Notes under the pieces: model-generated
What the model saw: only the letters and a program-made list of their open reading frames with translations
The model's database searches: none
What the model was told of the DNA's origin: nothing
In this document: in pieces, positions 32,532 to 40,278 of the stretch
Numbering within the stretch: position 1 is the first letter of the stretch
Layout of the letters: each line of letters opens with the position of its first letter
Made by a program: the position numbers and the translations under genes
From: Nitrospirota bacterium
GTDB taxonomy: Bacteria; Nitrospirota; UBA9217
DNA length: 64,000 nucleotides
Assembly: GCA_035490495.1 (NCBI GenBank)
Contig: DATHDE010000085.1
Location: forward strand, 1,885 to 65,884
Reading direction: 5' to 3'

Positions 32532-32939
32532 TTATGATGCTGCGGAACTAAGTACCGCCGATGGAGATCCGCCGGAAGAGATTTTATTATCCGTGGACAT
32601 CTCGCAGGTGCCGTCAAAGAGTACGCCTTCCTCAATTATCAGCTTGGGTGTTCTGATCGTCCCCTCGATTTTGGCGGGGGCAAGGACATGCACCTTCTGA
32701 AGAGCATTCACGTTGCCAACGATCCTGCCGCTGCAAATGAGCGTTCCGATCGAGATCTCACCCTGCAGCAAGGCTCCGTCGCCTGCGATGAGCGTGTCCT
32801 TTGAAATAACCTCCCCTTCTAACTTACCGTCAACGCGAATAGTACCTTCAAAGCTCAGCACTCCCTTGAACTCGGTTCCTTTTCCGAGAAACGCGGTAAT
32901 TTCGGACTGCTCGGGTGTGCCGGATCCTTTTTTCAGCAT
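32532..32939 (-). CDS. bactofilin (polymer-forming cytoskeletal protein)
   Basis: Start moved to MLKKGSG (ATG 32939, GGAGGA RBS). Repetitive beta-helix pattern (FKGVLSFEGTIRVDGKLEGEVIS...GEISIGTLICSGRIVGNV...). Confidence 0.85.
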   Translation of the reverse strand: MLKKGSGTPEQSEITAFLGKGTEFKGVLSFEGTIRVDGKLEGEVISKDTLIAGDGALLQGEISIGTLICSGRIVGNVNALQKVHVLAPAKIEGTIRTPKLIIEEGVLFDGTCEMSTDNKISSGGSPSAVLSSAAS

Positions 32940-33023
32940 GCTGTTTCCTCCTGTGATAAGAACTGCGCAGCGCAATGTTCTCGAGTAGGCCCCCTGAGAG
33001 GGAAGCAAAGGTATTGAGCATTC

Positions 33024-33869
33024 TCAGGAAATCCTTTCCAACAGTCTTTCCAATTCTTCAGGCGAGTAATAATCGATCACAATCCTGCCGCCGGACGACC
33101 TGGCGGTGATACTGACCTTCGTGCCGAGAAGTTTTTTCAGCCTTTCCTCGATCGCCTTGAGCTCGTGGCTCAGGCGCGGTTTCCGGTCATGCGGGGGGTT
33201 CTTGAGCCGCGAAGCAAGTGCTTCAGCCTCGCGGACGGACAGATCTTTCTGTGCAATAAGTGCTGCAGCCTGCACCTGATCGCGAATGCGTTCAAGGGAG
33301 AGGATCGCCTTGGCATGTCCCATGCTGAGCGCGCCGTTGGCAAGAAGGGTTTTAACCTCCTTGGGAAGGCTGAGAATGCGAAGAAAGTTTGTGATCGTTG
33401 ATCGCTCTTTGCCAACCCGTTTGGCGAGATCCTCTTGCGTGAGCTTGAATTCATCCTGGAGCCGCTTATAAGCCTCAGCTGCTTCGAGTGCATTCAAATC
33501 CTCGCGCTGAATATTCTCGATCAGCGCCATTTCAAGCAGCTCGCGCCTGCTCACATCCTTGACGAGAGCGGGTATGGTCTTGAGTCCCGCGAGACGAGCA
33601 GCACGACATCGTCGCTCGCCGGCGATAAGCCCGTATCCACCGCCTGCCTTGTGAACGATGACGGGCTGGATCACACCCTGTTCTTTGATAGAAGCGGCGA
33701 GCTCTTTCAGCCTGTCATCGTTGAATACCTTTCTTGGTTGGTATTCATTCGGTAGGATACGATCGAGTTCGATCTCCAGGATGCCGAGGGCCTTCTTTTC
33801 ACGGTCGTCGAGCGTTGAAAGATCGGGGATAAGAGCACCGAGACCCTTACCGAGCGCCTGCTTTTGCAT
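33024..33869 (-). CDS. parB: chromosome partitioning protein ParB
   Basis: Start moved to MQKQALGKGLGALIP (ATG 33869, AAGGAGG RBS); overlaps the parA end by 23 nt. ParB box GERRCRAA and an HTH region. Confidence 0.93.
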   Translation of the reverse strand: MQKQALGKGLGALIPDLSTLDDREKKALGILEIELDRILPNEYQPRKVFNDDRLKELAASIKEQGVIQPVIVHKAGGGYGLIAGERRCRAARLAGLKTIPALVKDVSRRELLEMALIENIQREDLNALEAAEAYKRLQDEFKLTQEDLAKRVGKERSTITNFLRILSLPKEVKTLLANGALSMGHAKAILSLERIRDQVQAAALIAQKDLSVREAEALASRLKNPPHDRKPRLSHELKAIEERLKKLLGTKVSITARSSGGRIVIDYYSPEELERLLERIS

Positions 33870-34620
33870 TAATGACCTCCTTGGCAAGGGCAAGGTAGCT
33901 CTGGGCGCCGCGGGAACGAATGTCATACAAAAGAACTGGTTTTCCGTGGCTAGGTGCTTCTGACAGCGAGACATTCCGGTGAATGACCGTTGAATATACC
34001 TTGGAACCAAAATACTTGCGAACCTCCTGCGCCACCTGGTCGGCAAGGTTGTTTCTGCTGTCATACATGGTCAGCAGAACACCTTCAATCGAAAGCTGGG
34101 GGTTCAAATCCTGCTTGATGAGCTTGATAGTATTGGTGAGAGCGGACAACCCCTCAAGGGCGTAGTACTCACACTGCACTGGAATAAGCACTCCGTCGGC
34201 CGCGGTCAAGGCGTTTACGGTCAACAGGCCGAGTGACGGCGGACAATCGATGAAAATGTAGTCGTAGGAACTCCTGCAATCCGCAATGGCTTTTTTCAGT
34301 ATCCGCTCCCGCGAAATGGTCTGGCTGAACTCAACGTCGACACCGACGAGATTTATATTGGCTGGAATGACATCGAGCCACGAGAAGTGCGTTGATATTT
34401 TTATATCATTGATTTTTTTTTCTGATGTAAAGAGGTCGTAGGTACTGCCTTTGACAATATTTGGATCAATACCCATACCGCTCGTGGAGTTGCCCTGGGG
34501 ATCGCAGTCGATGAGCAGGACTTTTTTTTCAGCAGCCGCGAGCGAGGCAGCGATATTTACTGCGGTCGTGGTCTTTCCAACGCCGCCCTTCTGGTTCGCG
34601 ATGGCGATGATCCTGCCCAT
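33847..34620 (-). CDS. parA: chromosome partitioning ATPase ParA/Soj
   Basis: 257 aa. Deviant Walker A NQKGGVGKTTT. Confidence 0.95.
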   Translation of the reverse strand: MGRIIAIANQKGGVGKTTTAVNIAASLAAAEKKVLLIDCDPQGNSTSGMGIDPNIVKGSTYDLFTSEKKINDIKISTHFSWLDVIPANINLVGVDVEFSQTISRERILKKAIADCRSSYDYIFIDCPPSLGLLTVNALTAADGVLIPVQCEYYALEGLSALTNTIKLIKQDLNPQLSIEGVLLTMYDSRNNLADQVAQEVRKYFGSKVYSTVIHRNVSLSEAPSHGKPVLLYDIRSRGAQSYLALAKEVINAKAGAR

Positions 34621-34954
34621 GAAGCTCCTTGTTTTTTCGGTGGGATAAACAGGATTAATCTAACATAGGCAGACTATAAAAGGAAGAAAAAATTGAGGAA
34701 CAACGGCTATCCCGCGACGGGTTAGAGAGTGCCTCCACACGATAAGGAAAGAGCGAAGCGTCGCGAGTAACCGATTCAGGGAAGTCGCGTTGTGATGGGG
34801 AGCCTCCGGCGCATGCCGGAGGTGACTCCACGTTGTGAATGAATAATATTATGCAGGCATGTTTGAAGACACCGCTGTTCAGGAAAGGCTGCAGCGGTAT
34901 CTTCTCGTTGCTTTCAAGTGCTATTTTAATAAATGTATTTTCTTAATGAGAATA

Positions 34955-35188
34955 TTATAGAAGCAGCCCACTGATTACGAGAATATATCCGATACTCCGG
35001 ACACCGACCAGCACGGTTTTTAAGCTAGACGACCATCCCATAAGAATTGAAAAATGAGAAACAGCATACATGAAAAAACCAAGGCCTACGAAGAGAAATG
35101 CTTTTACACCTGAAGACAGGTATCGTCTGACACCCAAATAAACAATCAACAAACTAAAGAGAAGATTCACTACGGTAATAATATCCAT
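34955..35188 (-). CDS. small hydrophobic protein (about 3 predicted TM helices), unknown function
   Basis: ATG at 35188 lies 6 nt after the AGGAGG RBS, which overlaps the stop of the upstream gene. 77 aa, almost entirely hydrophobic. AT-rich. Confidence 0.6.
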   Translation of the reverse strand: MDIITVVNLLFSLLIVYLGVRRYLSSGVKAFLFVGLGFFMYAVSHFSILMGWSSSLKTVLVGVRSIGYILVISGLLL

Positions 35189-35198
35189 GAACACCCTC

Positions 35199-36074
35199 CT
35201 ATTGAAACAGCAGATTTACTTTTTGACCTTCCTGCAGACCAAACCGTTTTATGTCAGTATGAGTTAATGTAGCATCTTGTTTATTGTCGGTGTGCCATGT
35301 AATATTCAAAGCACCGCATTCTTGGTCATCATTATAGAGAAGGAGCGATGTGCGCTGCGAGAACTCAGGAAAAGCCGTCTTCGATAATCTTACAAAATTC
35401 TGTTTTGCACCAAGACCAGAATCTTTCTTTACTACTGCACCGGAAATCTGCTGGAAGGAGTTGTCAATAAATAAAAGGCAGAGCGCGCAGGCCATTATTT
35501 GTGAGTTTTCATTCGCAAAGACGCGGCTGAACCAGTTGTTCAGACTGCTTGTGTCCTTGGGAATGCCATATTCACTTAGTCGTGTAAGTGATATTCTAAG
35601 ACCCTGGCGCAGCCCATCAAGTCTTTTATTGTAAATAGATTCATCAAATGAAAAGGCAGAATATTTCCTTTGAATTTCTTGGGTTACAATTGCTGCTGCA
35701 CTTCGGCCGCCCTCGATATTTGGTGCGTACAGACAAGAAAGGATAATAAAAAGCTTTATCAATCTGATAGGAGGGGGGGGGCTTGATTTATAAAGAAAGG
35801 AAAATGCCGAAGGAAACAACTTTTCAACTGTTATTGCTTGAGTGTTTTTGGGATCGATTTTTCCCTGTGTAATATTAATATTTTTTATTGAATCTCTTAA
35901 GAGAGAACCAATTGTTTGTTCAGCTGACAAGGTCCGTGATTTTAATGAAATAGGTAGCCTTCCGTAAATGCCGGCTTCAATAAGTTCATTTTGCGATGTT
36001 GTCAGGTAGCACGAACCATCCTCAATATTTTTTTTTTCAATTTCTGCCAATAGAAGATTGAGTCCGTTTGTCAT
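35199..36074 (-). CDS. hypothetical protein, no recognisable domain
   Basis: Track ORF starts at TTG 36083; the first ATG is 36074 (MTNGLNLLLAEIEKK). AT-rich codon usage unlike its neighbours. Contains a C9 tract encoding PPPP. Confidence 0.6.
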   Translation of the reverse strand: MTNGLNLLLAEIEKKNIEDGSCYLTTSQNELIEAGIYGRLPISLKSRTLSAEQTIGSLLRDSIKNINITQGKIDPKNTQAITVEKLFPSAFSFLYKSSPPPPIRLIKLFIILSCLYAPNIEGGRSAAAIVTQEIQRKYSAFSFDESIYNKRLDGLRQGLRISLTRLSEYGIPKDTSSLNNWFSRVFANENSQIMACALCLLFIDNSFQQISGAVVKKDSGLGAKQNFVRLSKTAFPEFSQRTSLLLYNDDQECGALNITWHTDNKQDATLTHTDIKRFGLQEGQKVNLLFQ

Positions 36075-36082
36075 AATTAGCA

Positions 36083-36091
36083 ATTATAGCA
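36083..36091 (-). promoter_or_regulatory. extended -10 promoter (TGCTATAAT), implying a leaderless or near-leaderless mRNA
   Basis: Minus strand reads TGCTATAAT-tgctaatt-ATG. Only 8 nt separate the -10 hexamer from the ATG at 36074, and there is no RBS. Confidence 0.45.
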
Positions 36092-36311
36092 CAATCTGCA
36101 AGAAAGCGAATACTTTTGATAACATTTTATCTGAATACACGTTTCAGTAAATTTTTTCAAAGAACGACATAATATTATGTCCATACCATTTGTTTATACT
36201 GATAAATTAAATGGATATCGGCATTAGATTACACGATGTTTTACTAAGATGATATCGCCCAAGGCTGCCCATAAATGGACTTTTATAATGGTCATAATTT
36301 AATTGAAAAGG

Positions 36312-36327
36312 ATGTTCCACGTGGAAC
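36312..36327. repeat. copy 1 of ATGTTCCACGTGGAAC (contains the perfect 14-bp palindrome GTTCCACGTGGAAC)
   Basis: Read directly from sequence. In this copy the palindrome extends to 16 bp (TGTTCCACGTGGAACA). Lies 115 nt downstream of the Clp1-like gene. Confidence 0.9.
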
Positions 36328-36441
36328 AAAAAGAGGAGCTAGGGGTCATAAACAGGCAGCCAGAAAATAAAAAAGACTACTCGACCTTCTTGAATTTATT
36401 TTACGGTTTTTCCCCAGGAAAGACATTCACCGGCTCAAGGA

Positions 36442-37515
36442 TTACACTTGACCGAGCTCCCCTCCAGCAGGACTGACGCGCATTGAACCGAGTGAAATGT
36501 TGCGGACGCCAGAAATGTCACGCAATGGTGTGATCAGGCGGATGGAAAGTTCCCGCAAGTCAAGCGTTCGTAGAATGCCGAGACCAAGGCAAAGGTTTCT
36601 GTCATCATTCAAGCCGATAAGCAGATGATCAAGCTCCGAACGTTTGACTACCATGACCTCGCGTACCGCGTATTGTTCTTTCGCTGTAAACAACTCTGTT
36701 TCATTATAATCACCTTCCGTAATAAGATATAGACGGTCTGACGAGATTTCTGCGTGGATGACAATGGCATGGAATATTTTCGATAATCTATTGATGTCCC
36801 GGAAGCCAAGCCGCTCACCTGTTCCGAGACCCGTGCCATGCACGCCGACGTCATGGAGAGAGATTTCCTGAAAATCCGCTCCACGAAAATAATCTTTAAA
36901 ACGCTGCTCACGGTTTGCTCTGCGTGCTTCATTTGTTGATTTCCTTGCTTCAGGGGCACAGGGCAGCCTGCGTATCAATAGACCGGAGCGATGAGAATGC
37001 GGTGTGAGAAGATGCTCAACCTCGGTTCCCTTCTGCAGAGCGGCAAGGTAGTGAGGCGTTATCAAGTCGATCTCGTGGAACTTCAGCTCGCGGGCGGCGC
37101 CACCGCCGATCAATCCGCAGGTATTTATCAGAATGAGATCAGGTTCCAGCGTATGAGCAAAGAGCACGAGCTTTTGCAACCCGACAATCATCTCAAGAAG
37201 TCTGCCAACAGGAGAACTGTTGCCTATGAAGCGCATGATCATGGGATTTCGCCTGCGCAGCAGGTCCAGGGCCTCCGAATATTGTGTTAATGAGATCACT
37301 CCCGGCGGACCAATGAAAGGCTGACCCGGATCAGCATCAATCCAGACGAGTTTTTTACGCGAGCGGCAGAACAACCCGGTTAAGTAGAGACCGAAGGTTG
37401 TCTTGCCTGAACCAGAGGCTCCGATTACCATGACCGTGCCATGGTGGACTTGAACCTCATCAGCGAACTCCCGCCATTCAAGTGGTATTTGTAGAGTTGA
37501 ATTGACCATGTTCAT
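36442..37515 (-). CDS. Clp1/Grc3/Nol9-like P-loop protein (putative polynucleotide 5'-kinase)
   Basis: 357 aa. Walker A GASGSGKTT (res 32-40), then WIDADPGQ and INTCGLIGGGAAREL in the order typical of the Clp1 P-loop domain. Confidence 0.6.
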   Translation of the reverse strand: MNMVNSTLQIPLEWREFADEVQVHHGTVMVIGASGSGKTTFGLYLTGLFCRSRKKLVWIDADPGQPFIGPPGVISLTQYSEALDLLRRRNPMIMRFIGNSSPVGRLLEMIVGLQKLVLFAHTLEPDLILINTCGLIGGGAARELKFHEIDLITPHYLAALQKGTEVEHLLTPHSHRSGLLIRRLPCAPEARKSTNEARRANREQRFKDYFRGADFQEISLHDVGVHGTGLGTGERLGFRDINRLSKIFHAIVIHAEISSDRLYLITEGDYNETELFTAKEQYAVREVMVVKRSELDHLLIGLNDDRNLCLGLGILRTLDLRELSIRLITPLRDISGVRNISLGSMRVSPAGGELGQV

Positions 37516-37606
37516 ATTCTCGGTATAACTAAACCACCGTCACGTAACCAGCGAAGCGAGGCACGCGACAATTGGTCCGTGCATAATTTCCATTGAGCGT
37601 ATCTAA

Positions 37607-37622
37607 ATGTTCCACGTGGAAC
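37607..37622. repeat. copy 2 of ATGTTCCACGTGGAAC
   Basis: Identical 16-mer. Lies 2 nt after the rsmG stop codon and 92 nt upstream of the Clp1-like ATG. Confidence 0.9.
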
Positions 37623-37624
37623 TG

Positions 37625-38266
37625 TTAAGAAGCGATTGATAAAACCCAAATTGCGCGTTTATGATCTGAAAAAGGCAGTTTTAATTCTAAGCGTTGTTTG
37701 ATTTGGATATTGAGTTCTGCCAGATCCAGATCAGTTAATCTTTCATTGATCCCCCTGCTCAGAACAAATACACCTTGTTTCCTTAAGAACGGCCGCCCGG
37801 CTTCAACTACTGACCTCATGTTGGCAAAGGCGCGTGCTGTAACGACATGAAAAGCACTGCTGAGCTGGGTGTACAGTGATTCGACCCGTGCTTCCATTAC
37901 CGGTACATCAATCTGCAGTGTTCTTATGATATGCCTCAAAAAAGAGGCTTTTTTCGCCACTGACTCGATGAGAGCGACAGACACATCAGGACGTGCGATC
38001 TTAATCGGCAACCCGGGAAAACCAGCCCCTGATCCAAGATCGATGATCTTCAAGCCCGGCAAGGGATCAAGGCCCTTTATATAAGAAAGAGAATCAAGCA
38101 TGTTTTTTACAATGCTGTCCTGTTCATTGCGAATTGCGGTCAAGTTGATTTTTCGGTTCCATTTATCGAGCTCTGCCTGATAGAGCAAGCATGCATCGAC
38201 CATTGCCGGCGTCAGCTCAATCGCAAGGTTCCGGGCGCCTGTGATTAGAAGATCCCGCGATGTCAT
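37625..38266 (-). CDS. rsmG: 16S rRNA (guanine527-N7)-methyltransferase
   Basis: 213 aa. SAM motif DLGSGAGFPGLP. Position downstream of mnmG. Confidence 0.93.
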   Translation of the reverse strand: MTSRDLLITGARNLAIELTPAMVDACLLYQAELDKWNRKINLTAIRNEQDSIVKNMLDSLSYIKGLDPLPGLKIIDLGSGAGFPGLPIKIARPDVSVALIESVAKKASFLRHIIRTLQIDVPVMEARVESLYTQLSSAFHVVTARAFANMRSVVEAGRPFLRKQGVFVLSRGINERLTDLDLAELNIQIKQRLELKLPFSDHKRAIWVLSIAS

Positions 38267-38276
38267 CGTGATTCCT

Positions 38277-40154
38277 TTATCCCCTGCCTCGCTTTTTTTT
38301 CTCTAATGCAACCATGAGCAGGGAGATGGCAGCAGGTGTAACACCGGATATGCGCGATGCCTGGCCCAGGGATCGCGGGCGTACGAGCTTCAATTTCTGT
38401 TTTACCTCTGAGCCGAGCCCTGTTATGTCATCATAATCAAGCCCCTCAGGTATCAGCCGCTTTTCAAGGGACGCAAATCTGGCGACCTGCTGGAGCTGCC
38501 GGTCGATATACCCGTTGTACTTGACCATGATCTCTACCTGCTCCGCCACTTCCTGTGCGATTGCATCCCCGGATGGCGATAATAAAGCAATGTCGGCATA
38601 CGTAAGTTCAGGCCGCTTTAACAACTGCTCGAGAGACGCCTCCCCGCTCAGCAGTGTTGATCCCTTTTCAGCAAGAAGCGCGTTGATGTCCGGCGAAGGT
38701 TTCATCCAGACTTTTGCTAGGCGGTTGGTTTCTCGTTCAATGACTTGCAGCTTCGTTTCCGTTTGAGTATACAGTTCTTCTGACACGAGGCCGACGGATC
38801 TTCCCTTTGCCCTGAGCCTGATATCCGCATTGTCCTCACGGAGAAGGAGGCGGTACTCCGCGCGAGAAGTAAACATGCGGTAGGGTTCGTTTGTGCCCAG
38901 GGTTACGAGATCGTCGATCAAGACGCCGATGTACGCTTCAGCACGCGACAGAATGAGCGGCTCGCGTCCCTGAATCTTGAGCGCCGCATTGATGCCAGCC
39001 ATCAAGCCTTGGGCTGCAGCTTCCTCGTACCCCGAGGTCCCGTTTATCTGGCCGGCGAAATAGAGACCCGCAATGTGCTTGGTCTCGAGCGTATGGAGTA
39101 TCTGCGTCGGCGGAGCGTAATCATATTCAATGGCATACGCGGGACGCATAATCTCGACTTCTTCAAGTCCAGAGATTGTCCGGTACATGTCCTGCTGGAC
39201 ATCAAACGGCAGGCTTGTTGAGACACCATTGGCATAGTACTCCTCCGTATCCAGTCCTTCTGGTTCAAGAAAAACCTGATGCCGATCACGATCCGAGAAT
39301 CTTTTTACCTTGTCCTCGATCGATGGACAATACCGCGGTCCTATCCCTTTAATCACGCCTGCATATAAAGGGGATCTGTCAAGATTGCGAAGAATGATTT
39401 CATGCGTCCGGCTATTTGTATACGTGAGATAGCAGGGCATTTGCGGCAGTTCGTGGGGTATTCTGGAAAAAGAAAAGAACGGCGCCGGGTCATCACCCGG
39501 CTGTGGTTTCATTTTCCTGAAGTCGATCGTTCTTCCGTTCAATCGTGCCGGGGTGCCGGTTTTGAGCCTGCCGATTTCGAACCCCAGCTCGCGCAAACAG
39601 TCCGAGAGTCCGATTGAAGGAAACTCGCCGGCGCGGCCCGAGGGATAGTGAACAAGGCCGATATGGATCAGGCCCTTGAGGAAGGTGCCGGTTGTAACAA
39701 TTATCGCGGCAGCCGAGTACTGAACGCCGATGCTTGTTTCAACGCCGACGATGCTTTTTCCTTCGACCACGATCTTTTCGACGAGCCCCTGCTTAATGTC
39801 AAGCCGCGGCTGTCGTTCGACCGACTCCTTCATTGCGAGACGGTACCGCTGCTTGTCCGCCTGTGCGCGCGTGCCACGGACTGCCGGTCCTTTGCTCCGG
39901 TTCAAAATGCGGAACTGGATGCCGGTGCGGTCGATGATCTTCGCCATTTCGCCGCCGAGCGCGTCGATCTCCTTGACCAGATGACCCTTGGCAAGCCCGC
40001 CGATGGCCGGATTGCACGACATGAGCGCGATGCTGTCGAGATTCATCGTGAGCATGAGCGTATTACAGCCCATGCGCGCTGCGGCAAGCGCCGCTTCACA
40101 TCCGGCATGGCCGGCGCCGATCACAATGATGTCGTATTTCCTCTGCGTATGCAT
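38277..40154 (-). CDS. mnmG: tRNA uridine-5-carboxymethylaminomethyl modification enzyme MnmG (GidA)
   Basis: 625 aa. FAD motif IVIGAGHAGCEAA and conserved GidA core. Confidence 0.96.
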   Translation of the reverse strand: MHTQRKYDIIVIGAGHAGCEAALAAARMGCNTLMLTMNLDSIALMSCNPAIGGLAKGHLVKEIDALGGEMAKIIDRTGIQFRILNRSKGPAVRGTRAQADKQRYRLAMKESVERQPRLDIKQGLVEKIVVEGKSIVGVETSIGVQYSAAAIIVTTGTFLKGLIHIGLVHYPSGRAGEFPSIGLSDCLRELGFEIGRLKTGTPARLNGRTIDFRKMKPQPGDDPAPFFSFSRIPHELPQMPCYLTYTNSRTHEIILRNLDRSPLYAGVIKGIGPRYCPSIEDKVKRFSDRDRHQVFLEPEGLDTEEYYANGVSTSLPFDVQQDMYRTISGLEEVEIMRPAYAIEYDYAPPTQILHTLETKHIAGLYFAGQINGTSGYEEAAAQGLMAGINAALKIQGREPLILSRAEAYIGVLIDDLVTLGTNEPYRMFTSRAEYRLLLREDNADIRLRAKGRSVGLVSEELYTQTETKLQVIERETNRLAKVWMKPSPDINALLAEKGSTLLSGEASLEQLLKRPELTYADIALLSPSGDAIAQEVAEQVEIMVKYNGYIDRQLQQVARFASLEKRLIPEGLDYDDITGLGSEVKQKLKLVRPRSLGQASRISGVTPAAISLLMVALEKKKRGRG

Positions 40155-40278
40155 GCTCTATTTCGCCGTCGTGGCAGCGTTCGGGCAGCCGAGGCGCGCT
40201 GCGATACCCGGAGGCAGGCAAGCCTGCCGGAGCACGTTGACGGTGCACTTGTGAAACGGGGCAACTATTCGTATTATA

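Noticed and set aside
34751-34760. The 10-mer GAGCGAAGCG and the 8-mer ATCCCGCG are shared between the parA-upstream non-coding element (34709-34760) and the 46803-47063 intergenic region (46904-46921). I considered this evidence of a dispersed repeat family.
   Set aside because: The word order and spacing differ, and flanking sequence does not align. A 10-mer match between two regions of about 250 nt is not very improbable: expectation is roughly 0.1, and above 1 for the 8-mer.
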